Below, piece after piece: positions 1-10,643 of a stretch of DNA of 64,000 bases. The stretch's first letter is position 1; every line of letters begins with the position of its first letter. The translations under genes and the position numbers were made by a program. Source of the DNA: a virus; IMG/VR virus record IMGVR_UViG_3300000553_000005, positions 32,001 to 96,000 of that record. The stretch is one strand, 5' to 3'. Below the pieces are notes generated by a model. The model was given only the letters and a program-made list of their open reading frames with translations. It ran no database searches and was not told the DNA's origin.

Positions 1-2
1 CT

Positions 3-896
3 GAAAGAAAGAATAACGCTAGAAGATGGCCCAAAAATGGTCCAAGGCCCTCTATGTGCAAAGAGGACTCTATAGGATCCGTTAAAACTACTTTAGAGAT
101 AAAAGACTCTTTATTTTATTCAAGGTCTGATGGAAAACAAGAAACAAATCACTCTATAGCACTTTCTAACCCAGTTGAGTTCAACTCCCAGCTACTCCCA
201 TTAGATCCTTATTTTTTGGGACTTTGGCTTGGGGATGGACATAGTGCCAATGTATCCATAACTACTATGGATGAAGAGATTAAGAACTACATTTATAAAA
301 TAGCTGAATCATATGGATTAGAGGTTACAATTAACTCTAATGGTTCTAAAGCCTCTGAATACTCTTTAACTTCTAAACAGCACGGCTCTAAAAAAGGAGA
401 ATGGGGAAACAGCCCTGATAGAAATATCCTTCTGTCTAAATTCAGAGAAATGGGAATCTTAAAGAATAAACACATTCCAGAAATTTACTTGATATCCTCC
501 ATTGATCAGCGATTAGCCTTACTCCAAGGATTGATGGACACAGATGGGGGGTGCCATAGAAGTCGATGTGAGTTTAATAATACTAATGAAAATATAGCAA
601 GGGGCGTTTTCTATTTAGCCGCCTCTCTTGGTCTTAAGCCTTATTGGAATGAAAAAAGAGCAACTTATTACGGAAAAGATTGTGGAACATGTTACAGAGT
701 TACCTGGACTTCTACTAAGCCGGTATTTAGATTAACAAGAAAATTGGCTGAACTTCAGACTACTTCAAAACCTTGTCAAAACAGAAGGTTCATCGTATCT
801 GTAGAGCCAGAAAAAGAGCAAGAAGTTCGATGTATAACCGTTGATAGCCCAGATGGCTTGTTTCTATTCGGAGATAATTTCAATGTAACACATAAT
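3..896 (+). mobile_element. Intein 1 (C-terminal part) with LAGLIDADG endonuclease
   Basis: PYFLGLWLGDG and LLQGLMDTDG endonuclease blocks; block F/G VRCITVDSPDGLFLFGDNFNVTHN followed by Ser at 897. Confidence 0.9.
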
Positions 897-3605
897 AGCG
901 CCCTAGTTTCGGCAATTGCATCCTATAAGCTTTATCGTCTTTTGAATATTCGTTCCCCTCAGGACCATTATGGTTTGATTCCTGGATCTCCCATAGATTT
1001 TACTTTTATGGCCCAGGACACAGAAGGCTCCTCTCGTTTATTTGATAAAATGAAGGAAGACGTTAACCGTGCCCCTTTCTTTGCTCCCTATTTAAAAAAT
1101 ATGACCACAGAGGAAATGACTTTCGTTTCTGATGCTGACCGATATAAAAGAGATATCACTCCTTCAATTACCGTTGCCAGCTTGCCTTGTTTAGAAGAGA
1201 ATGAATTAATATGGACTTCTAAAGGACTAACCCCAATTAAGGACACACAAATAGGGGATTTAGTGTGGGACATGAATGGAAATTTGAAAAAAGTTTTGAA
1301 CAAAACTTACAATGAAGAAAGCCTATTGGCAGTTTCTACTCGTAATTTTAAGGGTGACCCCCTTCTTTTAACCCCTCAACACACTTGTATTTCAGTATCT
1401 AACAAAGAGGCTTTTGAAAAACTTCCATATTTATACAAATGGAATCTCGCTGGAAAAGGGCTTAAAGATTGCTTGAATAATAGCAAACGAGATGATACTA
1501 AGGGTATAGATATCACACTAACAGAGGATTATGCCAGCAAATTAGCTGAGGGGGACTATTTTCTATATCCCCAAATTTCTTTGAATCAAAGAGTGGCCTC
1601 TTCACTTGACAATACTCAAGCAAAGTCACCAGCCTATTTTCAAAAACATTTAGGAGGGAAGCTTTGTGAACATACTTCAGTTAGATGTAGCTCTGTTGAA
1701 CTACCTGTGACAGTTGATTCATGCCGATTATATGGGTTATACATAGCTGAAGGCTCAACTATGGGGAAAGTAGGAAAATTTAAAAATTCAGTTAAGTGGA
1801 CCTTCCATATAAATGAGCAAACCACTTATGCTGCGTTTATTCAACAAACTCTTCAAACGGAATTTGGACTGAACAGCACGTTAATCTTAACTCCTGAGTG
1901 TAATAGATGTGATGTATTCTGCTCCTCATCAGAATTAGCAAGAGGGCTGGCCTTCTGGTTTGGAGAAGGATGCGAAAATAAAGTTGTTCCCAATGAAGCT
2001 CTCTATTGGCCCATCGAATTACAAAAAGCGTTGATCCAAGGGTATTATGAAGGAGATGGGTGTGATAATAGGAGAATTGCTCCAACAGTATCAAAAAAAC
2101 TAGCTTATTCTCTCTTCAATTTATTAATTCAGACTGGACAACGACCGTCAATTCTGTTTCGCCCAGGCTATATAACTAAATATAAACAAAAAGAAGTAAT
2201 TCATAAGGATTCCTGGTATGTAGAAATTTGTAAACAAGATAACCATTGTAGATTTTTTCAAAAAGTTAAGGGAGTAAACTACTATTGGTCAAAGATAACG
2301 GCTATCACTCCTATTGAAAATAAACATCCTGTTGTTGATATTGAAGTAGAGGATACCCATTCTTTCTTAACTAAATTTGCAGTGGTTCACAATTGCACCA
2401 CTAACAAAGTTCGTGGCCCTAGTTCATTCTTATTGGCATTAGACGAGTTCGCTTTCTATAGAAATCAAATTGGAGTTAACTCTGAAGCCATTTATAAAGC
2501 CGCTGCCCCCGCCACCATGCAGTTTAAGGCTGGAGGGACTAGAGGGGGGAAACGAGAATCCATGATTCTCATTATTACTTCTCCTAACGGTAAGATAGGT
2601 AAGTACTATGAACTTTACAGTTCCGCTATGAAAATGGGGAATGATTCTGACATTCTAGCTTTTCGATGCTCTACGGCAGAGATGAATCCTCGTTCTGATG
2701 TAGATTTCTTAAAAAAAGAACATAGAGAGAATCCCGATGTGTTCAAGGCTGAATATGGTGGAGAATTCCTAGAAGCGGCGGAATCTTATGTCAAACTATC
2801 TGTGTTTGAATCCTGTATTGATCAAGAAAGAAAAAATTTCTGTCAGTTTACTCCGGAAACTATAGGAGTAAAATATTTTTGGGGGTTGGATTTAGGTATG
2901 CAATATGACGGAACTGCTTTAGCTGTTTGTCATTGGCAACCTACTTTCGATTTGATTCCTGGAGCTACTTTAGTATATGATTTTATAGATAGAAAAATAG
3001 TAGGAGAAGAAGAGTATTCAAATGTTAAACAATTACCATTGGACGATATCTTACTATGGTTAAAACGCATGAACGGACTCCTACCTTGTTTTAAAGGGGC
3101 AACTGATCAACATGGTGGTTCTATGCTCGTTCAATTATTGGAGAAATATGGAATCAATGGGTTAGAATTAGTTCATTTAACTTCCGGTATAAATTCTCAG
3201 ATGTATTTAACCCTTAAAGGATTGATGGAACAGAAAAAAGCATCATTTCCAGCAGAGAAGAAGTTTATTGATGAAATGAAATTGGTAGAAGCTCATTATG
3301 TTGGAAAATATCAAATAAAAGTTCAGGCCCCAGCAGAAAAAGATGCTCATGATGATCAGGCCGATGCTGTGGCTCTTGCTTCCTGGGTTGCTCAACAATG
3401 GGCTATGAACGAAGGGGCTAGAGAATTTGCAGATATCTTAAGTGGCATAGACCCTGCTAGACTGGCCCGAAATCATGGTCTTATGTCTTTGGGGTTTGAT
3501 CCTAATATTAGTTCTATGGCGGAACTAAAATCACATGAAAGACAGCTTGGTATATTACAGAGATCAAATCTCAATTCCGTTGTTAATCCTTTTAGAAGAA
3601 GATGA
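3..3605 (+). CDS. terL: Terminase large subunit (5'-truncated by window), containing two inteins
   Basis: Frame is open from position 3. Exteins show the Walker B region VRGPSSFLLALDEFAF, coupling motif IITSPNG, FKAEYGGEF, and nuclease motifs WGLDLG and HDDQADA. Lies upstream of the virion genes. Confidence 0.9.
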   Translation, partial: ERKNNARRWPKNGPRPSMCKEDSIGSVKTTLEIKDSLFYSRSDGKQETNHSIALSNPVEFNSQLLPLDPYFLGLWLGDGHSANVSITTMDEEIKNYIYKIAESYGLEVTINSNGSKASEYSLTSKQHGSKKGEWGNSPDRNILLSKFREMGILKNKHIPEIYLISSIDQRLALLQGLMDTDGGCHRSRCEFNNTNENIARGVFYLAASLGLKPYWNEKRATYYGKDCGTCYRVTWTSTKPVFRLTRKLAELQTTSKPCQNRRFIVSVEPEKEQEVRCITVDSPDGLFLFGDNFNVTHNSALVSAIASYKLYRLLNIRSPQDHYGLIPGSPIDFTFMAQDTEGSSRLFDKMKEDVNRAPFFAPYLKNMTTEEMTFVSDADRYKRDITPSITVASLPCLEENELIWTSKGLTPIKDTQIGDLVWDMNGNLKKVLNKTYNEESLLAVSTRNFKGDPLLLTPQHTCISVSNKEAFEKLPYLYKWNLAGKGLKDCLNNSKRDDTKGIDITLTEDYASKLAEGDYFLYPQISLNQRVASSLDNTQAKSPAYFQKHLGGKLCEHTSVRCSSVELPVTVDSCRLYGLYIAEGSTMGKVGKFKNSVKWTFHINEQTTYAAFIQQTLQTEFGLNSTLILTPECNRCDVFCSSSELARGLAFWFGEGCENKVVPNEALYWPIELQKALIQGYYEGDGCDNRRIAPTVSKKLAYSLFNLLIQTGQRPSILFRPGYITKYKQKEVIHKDSWYVEICKQDNHCRFFQKVKGVNYYWSKITAITPIENKHPVVDIEVEDTHSFLTKFAVVHNCTTNKVRGPSSFLLALDEFAFYRNQIGVNSEAIYKAAAPATMQFKAGGTRGGKRESMILIITSPNGKIGKYYELYSSAMKMGNDSDILAFRCSTAEMNPRSDVDFLKKEHRENPDVFKAEYGGEFLEAAESYVKLSVFESCIDQERKNFCQFTPETIGVKYFWGLDLGMQYDGTALAVCHWQPTFDLIPGATLVYDFIDRKIVGEEEYSNVKQLPLDDILLWLKRMNGLLPCFKGATDQHGGSMLVQLLEKYGINGLELVHLTSGINSQMYLTLKGLMEQKKASFPAEKKFIDEMKLVEAHYVGKYQIKVQAPAEKDAHDDQADAVALASWVAQQWAMNEGAREFADILSGIDPARLARNHGLMSLGFDPNISSMAELKSHERQLGILQRSNLNSVVNPFRRR
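1188..2393 (+). mobile_element. Intein 2 (402 aa) with LAGLIDADG endonuclease
   Basis: Starts CLEENELIW; block B LTPQH; LYGLYIAEG and LIQGYYEGDG; ends VVDIEVEDTHSFLTKFAVVHN followed by Cys. Confidence 0.92.
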
Positions 3606-3652
3606 TAAGTGTATAAAAATCATTTTTTGATTCCTCTTTAGAGGAACATCTG

Positions 3653-3832
3653 ATGAGTGAAGATCTAAGCAGACTAAACGATTTAAGGAGGGAGATCGCG
3701 GAAAAATTTGATAGTATTGAAAAACTTATCAGAAAAGGGGATGATGATAGCCTCAATGTCCTAACAGATATTAGTTACGCTTTAGCTAGTTTGGACGAAG
3801 CTGTCTCAAAATTAAGAGATAGAATAGGGTAA
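3653..3832 (+). CDS. Small coiled-coil hypothetical protein (59 aa, not in ORF track)
   Basis: GAGG RBS, ATG 3653, MSEDLSRLNDLRREIAEKF...RDRIG, TAA 3830-3832. Confidence 0.6.
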   Translation: MSEDLSRLNDLRREIAEKFDSIEKLIRKGDDDSLNVLTDISYALASLDEAVSKLRDRIG

Positions 3833-3843
3833 GGGGCGTAGCT

Positions 3844-4395
3844 ATGTCAGGAGATTACAATAGAAGAACAATGGATTCTGGATTTTTACCTAGTCAATCT
3901 CCCATAAAAGATGATTTACAACAACTTTATGCCCGAAATGCTAGTCAGACAGAGGAAATTATTGAAACTCTCAGAGGTGTTAACGACACTCAGCTTATGA
4001 TTTTGAGCGAGCTTCAAACACTAGAGCATTTAAGTACACGATCTGACGCCGCCACCGAAGTCTTAGATCTAGCTAGATTACATTTGGAAAAAATGGCTAA
4101 AATCATTTATTTATCAAACGGTTACAATGAGAAAGGGGACAAAGTTCCCGAAGGAGTTTTACGCTTTGAACGTTGGACTAATTTTTTTCTCCGCGCTTTT
4201 TGGAATTTTATCATTATAGGAGCTATTTCTTCTTTTTTCTATTTTTATACAGAAGGTCAAAAAGCAACTAGACTGGAACAATCCAAGGCCGAGATAGAGA
4301 TACTTCAACAAATGGAAGAAAGATTAGCTAAAAGAGAACAAAAAATTACTGATCTTCTGGACCATAAACTTCAAAAAAATGAAACTCGTAAATAA
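3844..4395 (+). CDS. Hypothetical single-pass membrane protein
   Basis: Hydrophobic segment FWNFIIIGAISSFFYFY flanked by coiled-coil. Confidence 0.6.
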   Translation: MSGDYNRRTMDSGFLPSQSPIKDDLQQLYARNASQTEEIIETLRGVNDTQLMILSELQTLEHLSTRSDAATEVLDLARLHLEKMAKIIYLSNGYNEKGDKVPEGVLRFERWTNFFLRAFWNFIIIGAISSFFYFYTEGQKATRLEQSKAEIEILQQMEERLAKREQKITDLLDHKLQKNETRK

Positions 4396-4432
4396 TAACT
4401 TTCCAACTCCTTTGTGAATGAGGTATTAAACT

Positions 4433-4819
4433 ATGCCATTTAACCCAACTAAACTTGCCGAATCTGTTTGTGACATTGCTGGAATTTGCTCCACTGGTCC
4501 TCGCGCAGAAGCCACTCAATCTTTTGCTCAAAAAGCTCCCGCTGTAGACAATACTATGCCTAATCCCCTCAGCCCCATTATGGGTGATGAGGCGTTCTTC
4601 ACCTATTTGATGCCTGGAGCCGTGTTTGAGGCCCACGATGGCTCTCAATGGCTTATTACAGCTTATGATTGGGATAGTAGAGTGGAGATTGAAAATCGCT
4701 GGTATCCTCGTCAGATTGCTAATGTAGGCCAAGCTGATATTCGCCGCTCTATCGCTATGTGGATAGAACCAGTTAATGTCCGTGTTCCTCCCCCAGTTTC
4801 TGCTGTGGAATACCAATAA
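4433..4819 (+). CDS. Hypothetical protein
   Basis: GAGGT RBS; co-directional ORF in the structural operon. Confidence 0.65.
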   Translation: MPFNPTKLAESVCDIAGICSTGPRAEATQSFAQKAPAVDNTMPNPLSPIMGDEAFFTYLMPGAVFEAHDGSQWLITAYDWDSRVEIENRWYPRQIANVGQADIRRSIAMWIEPVNVRVPPPVSAVEYQ

Positions 4820-4829
4820 AGAGGTATTC

Positions 4830-6389
4830 ATGATAGAGCTTACAGGTGAGAACCTCTCGACATATCTTTTACGAGAAATAAAAGATATCGTCAATAGAAA
4901 TCCACGCTTTAGAAGATTAGGTGGAGATGTTACGGTGTCCACTAATAATATGGTGGCCTGGGGTGATCTGCGTATTACTATTAGCCGAATCAATTCTTCA
5001 GGTAATAGATTAAGTCCTGACTATTTCATTTGTAATCAATATGGTCGAGCTTTATTAGCTAAGTTAGAAAATTATGACGGATTATTTATCGAATGGGTGC
5101 AAGAAATCCGAGATAATGGCTCCACCCTCCCTGCGTCCGGTGTTTATTACTTTAATATAGATGCAGTTAACGAAGGCACCAGAGACATTTTGTTAACTAT
5201 TCAAAATTATCAATGGATAAGACAAACTCCCGAACTGGCTTCAGGTTCACTCGTATACTTTAATTCTAATATTGATGTTTCAACTGTAACACCGATAGAT
5301 TCCACAGTTCAATATGTATACCAAGGTAATAATCTCGTTCTAACCAATTTCTATCCTAATTTTTTAGAACTTCAGGCCACCAATTCTAGTGGAATTTCAA
5401 CCCCTTTAATCCCAATGACAGATTTCTGGTATCTAAGACAAAATTCAGATATAATCTGTCAATCAACTTTAGGAGGAGAGCAGATTATTGCCCTTCCAAT
5501 ATCAAATTGGGTTTCTATGTCTATTTCAGACCAAGATGGTTATGTTTTGAGAGAGAATATAGACTATATTATTTTCGGAAGTAGTATTCAAACTAGCCAA
5601 TGGACTCCATCCGGTACAACTCTAACTTGTTCTTTTGTTGCCCCAGTTAGTCCAACTACTAATTTAGCGGTTAACCCAGAAAATTTAATTGCACCAAATC
5701 TACCTCCAGATGAGACTCCAACTCAAACCATTGTTTACTCCTCCCTTCTTAATAGATCTGCTGCTTCTGATTTCATTGTTTTACCAAATGGGGAAACATG
5801 GTTATCAACATTATTAGTCACTGGAGAGCGTTTCTATTGGGAATCCCGTGTAGATCTTGGTCAAACGCAACATAGAGCAAGAAAAATGGAGTCTAATCTA
5901 AATTTAATTCCAGGATTATCCATCGCTATTGGGGATCAAGTTTTTGTAGGAGATCAATGTGCTATTCTCGTTTCTCCTTACCAATCAGAAGTTTATGAGG
6001 TTTACGGCTCTAAAGATAATTTGACTTTTACTATAGAGGTCAAAGCTAATGATAGAATGACTGCTTCCGAAGTGTCAGAAATGATAAAAGGAGCATTTTT
6101 AATTCGTGATAGAGCTATTATGGAAGCAAATGGCCTGACTGTTTTTGAAATTTCTAGAGAAGCTAATTATGATTCGAGAGATGACTCAGGTACTGCCCCG
6201 TCAACTACTTACACTATGTCTGTCTCCGCTGCCGCTGATTGGGAACTTTACATCCCACTTGTGACTCGTATTTCTCAATTTGAAGTGGATGTAACCGAAA
6301 CTACTCAGAGTGACTTTTTAGGAAAAATCACAACCACCCCCAGATTCAAAACTTTAGGGGCTACTCAATTTCTACCCAACTATTCTTAA
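4830..6389 (+). CDS. Putative virion neck/tail-completion protein
   Basis: GAGGT RBS before ATG 4830; beta-rich; just upstream of sheath. Function inferred from position. Confidence 0.45.
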   Translation: MIELTGENLSTYLLREIKDIVNRNPRFRRLGGDVTVSTNNMVAWGDLRITISRINSSGNRLSPDYFICNQYGRALLAKLENYDGLFIEWVQEIRDNGSTLPASGVYYFNIDAVNEGTRDILLTIQNYQWIRQTPELASGSLVYFNSNIDVSTVTPIDSTVQYVYQGNNLVLTNFYPNFLELQATNSSGISTPLIPMTDFWYLRQNSDIICQSTLGGEQIIALPISNWVSMSISDQDGYVLRENIDYIIFGSSIQTSQWTPSGTTLTCSFVAPVSPTTNLAVNPENLIAPNLPPDETPTQTIVYSSLLNRSAASDFIVLPNGETWLSTLLVTGERFYWESRVDLGQTQHRARKMESNLNLIPGLSIAIGDQVFVGDQCAILVSPYQSEVYEVYGSKDNLTFTIEVKANDRMTASEVSEMIKGAFLIRDRAIMEANGLTVFEISREANYDSRDDSGTAPSTTYTMSVSAAADWELYIPLVTRISQFEVDVTETTQSDFLGKITTTPRFKTLGATQFLPNYS

Positions 6390-6399
6390 AGGAGATTTT

Positions 6400-6822
6400 A
6401 TGGCTATTAGAGAGTATAAGTGCCAAGATTGTAACTTGATCACTGAAAAAATTATTAACGCCTCTCAAGAAATAAAAGAGAGTATTTCTTGTCCTAAATG
6501 TAAAGGAAACGCCTCTTACCTTGAAATTCCAACTAGTATTTCCTTAGGAGTTTCTTCATTTTCCCAGGCTCCTCTTGATAATATCATTGGAAAAGATTCA
6601 GAAAGACGATGGGAAAATATTCATCGAAGACAAGAAATCCGAGATAAGGTAAGAAAAGAAAGCGGATCAGTAGGAATTTCTATGGTTGGTAGGGATCAGT
6701 TTGCTCCTCTAACTATCGAAGACAAAGAACGAAGATCAGAGTTGAATGAAATTTTACCCATTTCAGGGCATAAACAAACTTTTGATTCCTCTGATGATGC
6801 AAAGCTTATCAATCATAAGTGA
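6400..6822 (+). CDS. FmdB-like zinc-ribbon protein
   Basis: MAIREYKCQDC...CPKCKG N-terminal CxxC-CxxC ribbon. Confidence 0.7.
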   Translation: MAIREYKCQDCNLITEKIINASQEIKESISCPKCKGNASYLEIPTSISLGVSSFSQAPLDNIIGKDSERRWENIHRRQEIRDKVRKESGSVGISMVGRDQFAPLTIEDKERRSELNEILPISGHKQTFDSSDDAKLINHK

Positions 6823-6915
6823 AATAAAAACCGGATTTTCAATCCTACTTTTGAGAGAATTTTATTATCAGGGCTATTGAAACACTTTTAACCGACATCC
6901 AAGGGGAGATCTAAC

Positions 6916-9900
6916 ATGGCACTTTTTGACCAGTACACCGCACCAGGAGTTTACACCACAGAGATAGTTGCTAATCCTGGCACCACACTCCAAAGTGGTC
7001 TTAATATTCCAATCTTCATTGGAGAAGGTTCTGAGACATTCCTTATTCAAAACTCAGAACTCCATAGAGGGTCTAGTGCTTCCTCAGATGATGCGGTAGT
7101 TAGCGAAGACCTCTCAGCCCAGGTTACCGGTTCCACCGCTGTCTTCCAACTGGGTTACTGGCCCGTTGTCACTGGCAATAACACTGGAACCATCACTAAT
7201 AATGTTCAGTATGTTACCGTTACTGATAATGGAGTTCCTGTTGTAGTGTCCTCTCTTAATGGTGCCACTGGTGTTGTGACCCTTCTAATTGCCCCTGCTG
7301 CTGGAGATCAACTTTCAGCTACTTACTATTTTAAGAGATCTGACACTCTATTTACTGACGTTCTTTCAGATCAAGTTCCTTCCTATGCTTCTCTCGCCAT
7401 TCCTGCCAATAGCTTAACTACTGGAACAGCTTCTCCCTTGACATTAACTCTTGATCAACCTGGATATTTAGGAAATCAGGTGTCTATCGCTGTTACTGTT
7501 GCTACAAGTGGCTCTGGAGTTACTGATTATGCTGCCATCACTGGAAGTGGAACAGACGCGATTTCCATTGAGGCTAGAAATTCTGCTGATAACTCCATTC
7601 GTTCTTGGGCAGCAATCGCAGCCTTAATTTCCAACTTGGGGAATATCCCCACTTTGAATGCTGGGAATGTAACTGTTAAATCTCTAACCGCTGCCTATTC
7701 AAATACCCCTGCCTATTTCGTTACAGCCACCCTTATGACTGGTGGTGCCGGTCCTGCCTCAAATACCGTTTTTAAGGTTAATCATATTCCTATTGTTGAT
7801 GGGACTAACGGTGGCGTAGTAACAAATAGCCCTACTCATGTTACTGCTTACGTAAACAATGTGAAAGTGTCTATTTCGGCTGTAAATGGTTTACAGGGAT
7901 TGGTTACTTTGACTAATCCAGTGCCATCCGGAAATACTTTGTCTATTTCTTATTTCACTAATACCTACCAAGATACATATGACCTTCTCCCATCTACAAA
8001 TGTTGTTGCAATAAACCAAGTTGGATTGGGACCAAACCGCGCTGATTTCATCAATGGTGTGGACTATGTTCTTGAAAATGTTTTGGATGGGAACGGCAAT
8101 ATTGTCCAACAGCAAATCCAGTGGGGAAATTCAGCCTCTACTACAGTCGCTACCTCTACTCCTGGTTATGTCCCATTTAACGCAACTGTTATCGCTACTA
8201 CCTTAGTTGACGAACAGATGTTCCTTCAGGTGTGCAGCGCACCTACTCCTGCTCCTTTACCTCCTGGGCTAAACACCACTTTCGTTCTTCCTGATATGCC
8301 TACTGATGGATCCGGCCAAAATAAAGGTTTAGGACCCGCCACTGACGATCCTTCTCTAATTCAGGTTTATGTAGGAACTCCTTCTGTTCCTAATGATGAA
8401 GAATCGGCTCTAGCTAGCGCCCTAGCAAGTGGCCCTGTGACTGTGATTCAACTATCCGGAGCTACCCAGACCTTCAAACTTCTCATTCCACCTACTGCTG
8501 GACAAATGGTATTTGCTACTTATACTCGCAACACTATTCAGGAAGCCACTTATACTTTAACTGTTGACACTCCAGGTATCACTGGTGTTGGAACTTATAG
8601 TATTACTGACCAGTATAACAATGAGCTTCCTACATTTGCCTTTGATGACTCTGCTGCGGTCTTAAATGTCTCTGGAACACAAGTTTCAGACGGAAATTTC
8701 TATGTTTCTGGTATTATTTGGCCCTATCAGTCTAATGATGGTGGGGAATATTCTGATATGAAGGGTGTTCCCGGTGTAACAGCCCCTGGAGAACTCTTAA
8801 TTAACTTTATTGCAGATCTAACCCCTGCCCATGTTGTGTCTTCTGGCGCACCCGCAACTGCTACAGTTGAAGGATTAGTCTTCACAGCTACTACACCTAG
8901 TAATGTCGCTAACAACATCACCATTAGTTTTGTTGCTGGGGTTGATGTTATTGACGCTGATGCCGTTACTGTTAATGGAAGTGCTATCACGGTAAACATT
9001 TCCGGACCTTCTTCAACTAGAACTAAAACAGGTATCTCAGGTCTTTTCACTTCTGGGATTAGCGTGACCATTGGACCCTATACTACGTCCATTACTTGTT
9101 CTTCTACCTCCGATTCTACTGTCGCTACTCCTGCTCCAGCGGTCAATTTTGCCGGGGGCAGCACTGGAGTAACTATCCCTGTTTCTCAAACATACACAGT
9201 AAATTATCTATCTTCTCCATTAGCTCCCCCCCAATATCTTGGGACTGGTTATTTGAATCAGACTTTCTCTTCCCCTGCTTTCGGATTAACTTTTACTCTC
9301 ATTAATCCCGCTGATGCAATCACCATGGGCTTCGTGGACGCTCCTACTCCTGTTTACTACTATGCCGTTAATGACCAGATTGGTTTCATTATTTCAGCCT
9401 CAAGTTTCACTACCTCTGCTGAACCTCAAATTGCTATTCTTGGTCTTTGGACAACCGTTACAACCACTTATGGTATGAATCCTGGTGATACAGCTACCAT
9501 CAGCACCCATAATAGAGCAGGAACAGAGCCTAATGTTGGAGACTACTACTATGTCTCTTACACTACTCAGAAAACCGCTGCGGATATGGCCCTTCAACTA
9601 TTTACTAATCCTCAAGACGCTTACACCGCTTATGGCGATCCTACTCCTTTAAATAGACTTTCCTTAGCTGCAAGTTTATTTACTCAAAATGGAGGTCAGG
9701 TCTTCGGATGTATCCAAGTTCCTAAATTAGCTGGCTCCAATTTTGCCTCGTCTAATACTTACATTTCAGCTATCGCTTCATTAGCTTCCCCAATCCCAGG
9801 AACTAATAAGAAAGCTGATATGATTCAAGTTTTAACCACTAATCCAACAGTTATTCAGTATCTTAATCGTTTCTTAATTACTCAAGCAGCCCCCCGTAAT

Positions 9901-10584
9901 AGTGGAGAAGCTGTTTCGGTTTACGGTTACGGTTTCAACGATACCCCGGATACCATGAGATCCTTGGCTACCAGCCTTGTTTCTGACAGAATGATTGGTA
10001 TTGCAGTTCCAGGTGCTATTTTGACTGTTACTACAAATGGTGCTGCGGTTCAATACGCTGTTGACGGTTCATTCCTTGCCGCTGCAATGGCTGGAATGAT
10101 GCTTAACCCTGCTATTGATGTTGCTACTACTCTAACTAAACAATCTATGATTGGTTTTAATAGCCTCATTACTCGCTACCCAGATCCTACTCAAGATTTG
10201 ATGGCTGCTGCTGGTCTAACCTGCCTTTACGAAACCAGCGGTGCCCTCGTAGTTCGCCACTGGGTTACTACCGATAATACTTCAGTTCTCAAGCGTGAAC
10301 CTACTTCTCGTTTGATCGTGGATGAGACTAGACAATTAGTTCGTGCCCAGCTTCAACAATTCATTGGTCGCAAACTTGTTCAATCTGCTCTAAACGCTGT
10401 GACTATCGTAGTGACCGCTACTCTGAATAGTTTAGTTGAGAACCAGATTCTTAACGCCTTTGCTGGATTATCTGTAACTCCAGATGCAAGCGATCCTACA
10501 TTGCTTCATGTTGCTTTCTCAATTCAGCCAATATTCTCAATTCTATATATTGATGTTGAGATCACGGTTACGACTCAATTATAA
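6916..10584 (+). CDS. Contractile tail sheath protein (1222 aa, expanded with repeated beta domains)
   Basis: N-terminal YTAPGVYTTE; C-terminal sheath domain (QFIGRKL...VAFSIQPIFSILYIDVEITV); internal repeats. Confidence 0.9.
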   Translation: MALFDQYTAPGVYTTEIVANPGTTLQSGLNIPIFIGEGSETFLIQNSELHRGSSASSDDAVVSEDLSAQVTGSTAVFQLGYWPVVTGNNTGTITNNVQYVTVTDNGVPVVVSSLNGATGVVTLLIAPAAGDQLSATYYFKRSDTLFTDVLSDQVPSYASLAIPANSLTTGTASPLTLTLDQPGYLGNQVSIAVTVATSGSGVTDYAAITGSGTDAISIEARNSADNSIRSWAAIAALISNLGNIPTLNAGNVTVKSLTAAYSNTPAYFVTATLMTGGAGPASNTVFKVNHIPIVDGTNGGVVTNSPTHVTAYVNNVKVSISAVNGLQGLVTLTNPVPSGNTLSISYFTNTYQDTYDLLPSTNVVAINQVGLGPNRADFINGVDYVLENVLDGNGNIVQQQIQWGNSASTTVATSTPGYVPFNATVIATTLVDEQMFLQVCSAPTPAPLPPGLNTTFVLPDMPTDGSGQNKGLGPATDDPSLIQVYVGTPSVPNDEESALASALASGPVTVIQLSGATQTFKLLIPPTAGQMVFATYTRNTIQEATYTLTVDTPGITGVGTYSITDQYNNELPTFAFDDSAAVLNVSGTQVSDGNFYVSGIIWPYQSNDGGEYSDMKGVPGVTAPGELLINFIADLTPAHVVSSGAPATATVEGLVFTATTPSNVANNITISFVAGVDVIDADAVTVNGSAITVNISGPSSTRTKTGISGLFTSGISVTIGPYTTSITCSSTSDSTVATPAPAVNFAGGSTGVTIPVSQTYTVNYLSSPLAPPQYLGTGYLNQTFSSPAFGLTFTLINPADAITMGFVDAPTPVYYYAVNDQIGFIISASSFTTSAEPQIAILGLWTTVTTTYGMNPGDTATISTHNRAGTEPNVGDYYYVSYTTQKTAADMALQLFTNPQDAYTAYGDPTPLNRLSLAASLFTQNGGQVFGCIQVPKLAGSNFASSNTYISAIASLASPIPGTNKKADMIQVLTTNPTVIQYLNRFLITQAAPRNSGEAVSVYGYGFNDTPDTMRSLATSLVSDRMIGIAVPGAILTVTTNGAAVQYAVDGSFLAAAMAGMMLNPAIDVATTLTKQSMIGFNSLITRYPDPTQDLMAAAGLTCLYETSGALVVRHWVTTDNTSVLKREPTSRLIVDETRQLVRAQLQQFIGRKLVQSALNAVTIVVTATLNSLVENQILNAFAGLSVTPDASDPTLLHVAFSIQPIFSILYIDVEITVTTQL

Positions 10585-10598
10585 GGAATAAGACTAGA

Positions 10599-10629
10599 GC
10601 GGGGAGTTACAAAATAACTCCCCGCCTTT
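10599..10629 (+). terminator. Intrinsic terminator
   Basis: GCGGGGAGTTA-caaaa-TAACTCCCCGC hairpin followed by CTTT. Confidence 0.7.
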
Positions 10630-10643
10630 ACTTGAGGTAAAAT

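Noticed and set aside
4346-4993. 215-aa minus-strand ORF and similar antisense ORFs (21579, 12896, 18920, 35020, 35132, 61552)
   Set aside because: They overlap well-supported plus-strand genes and have no RBS or motifs.
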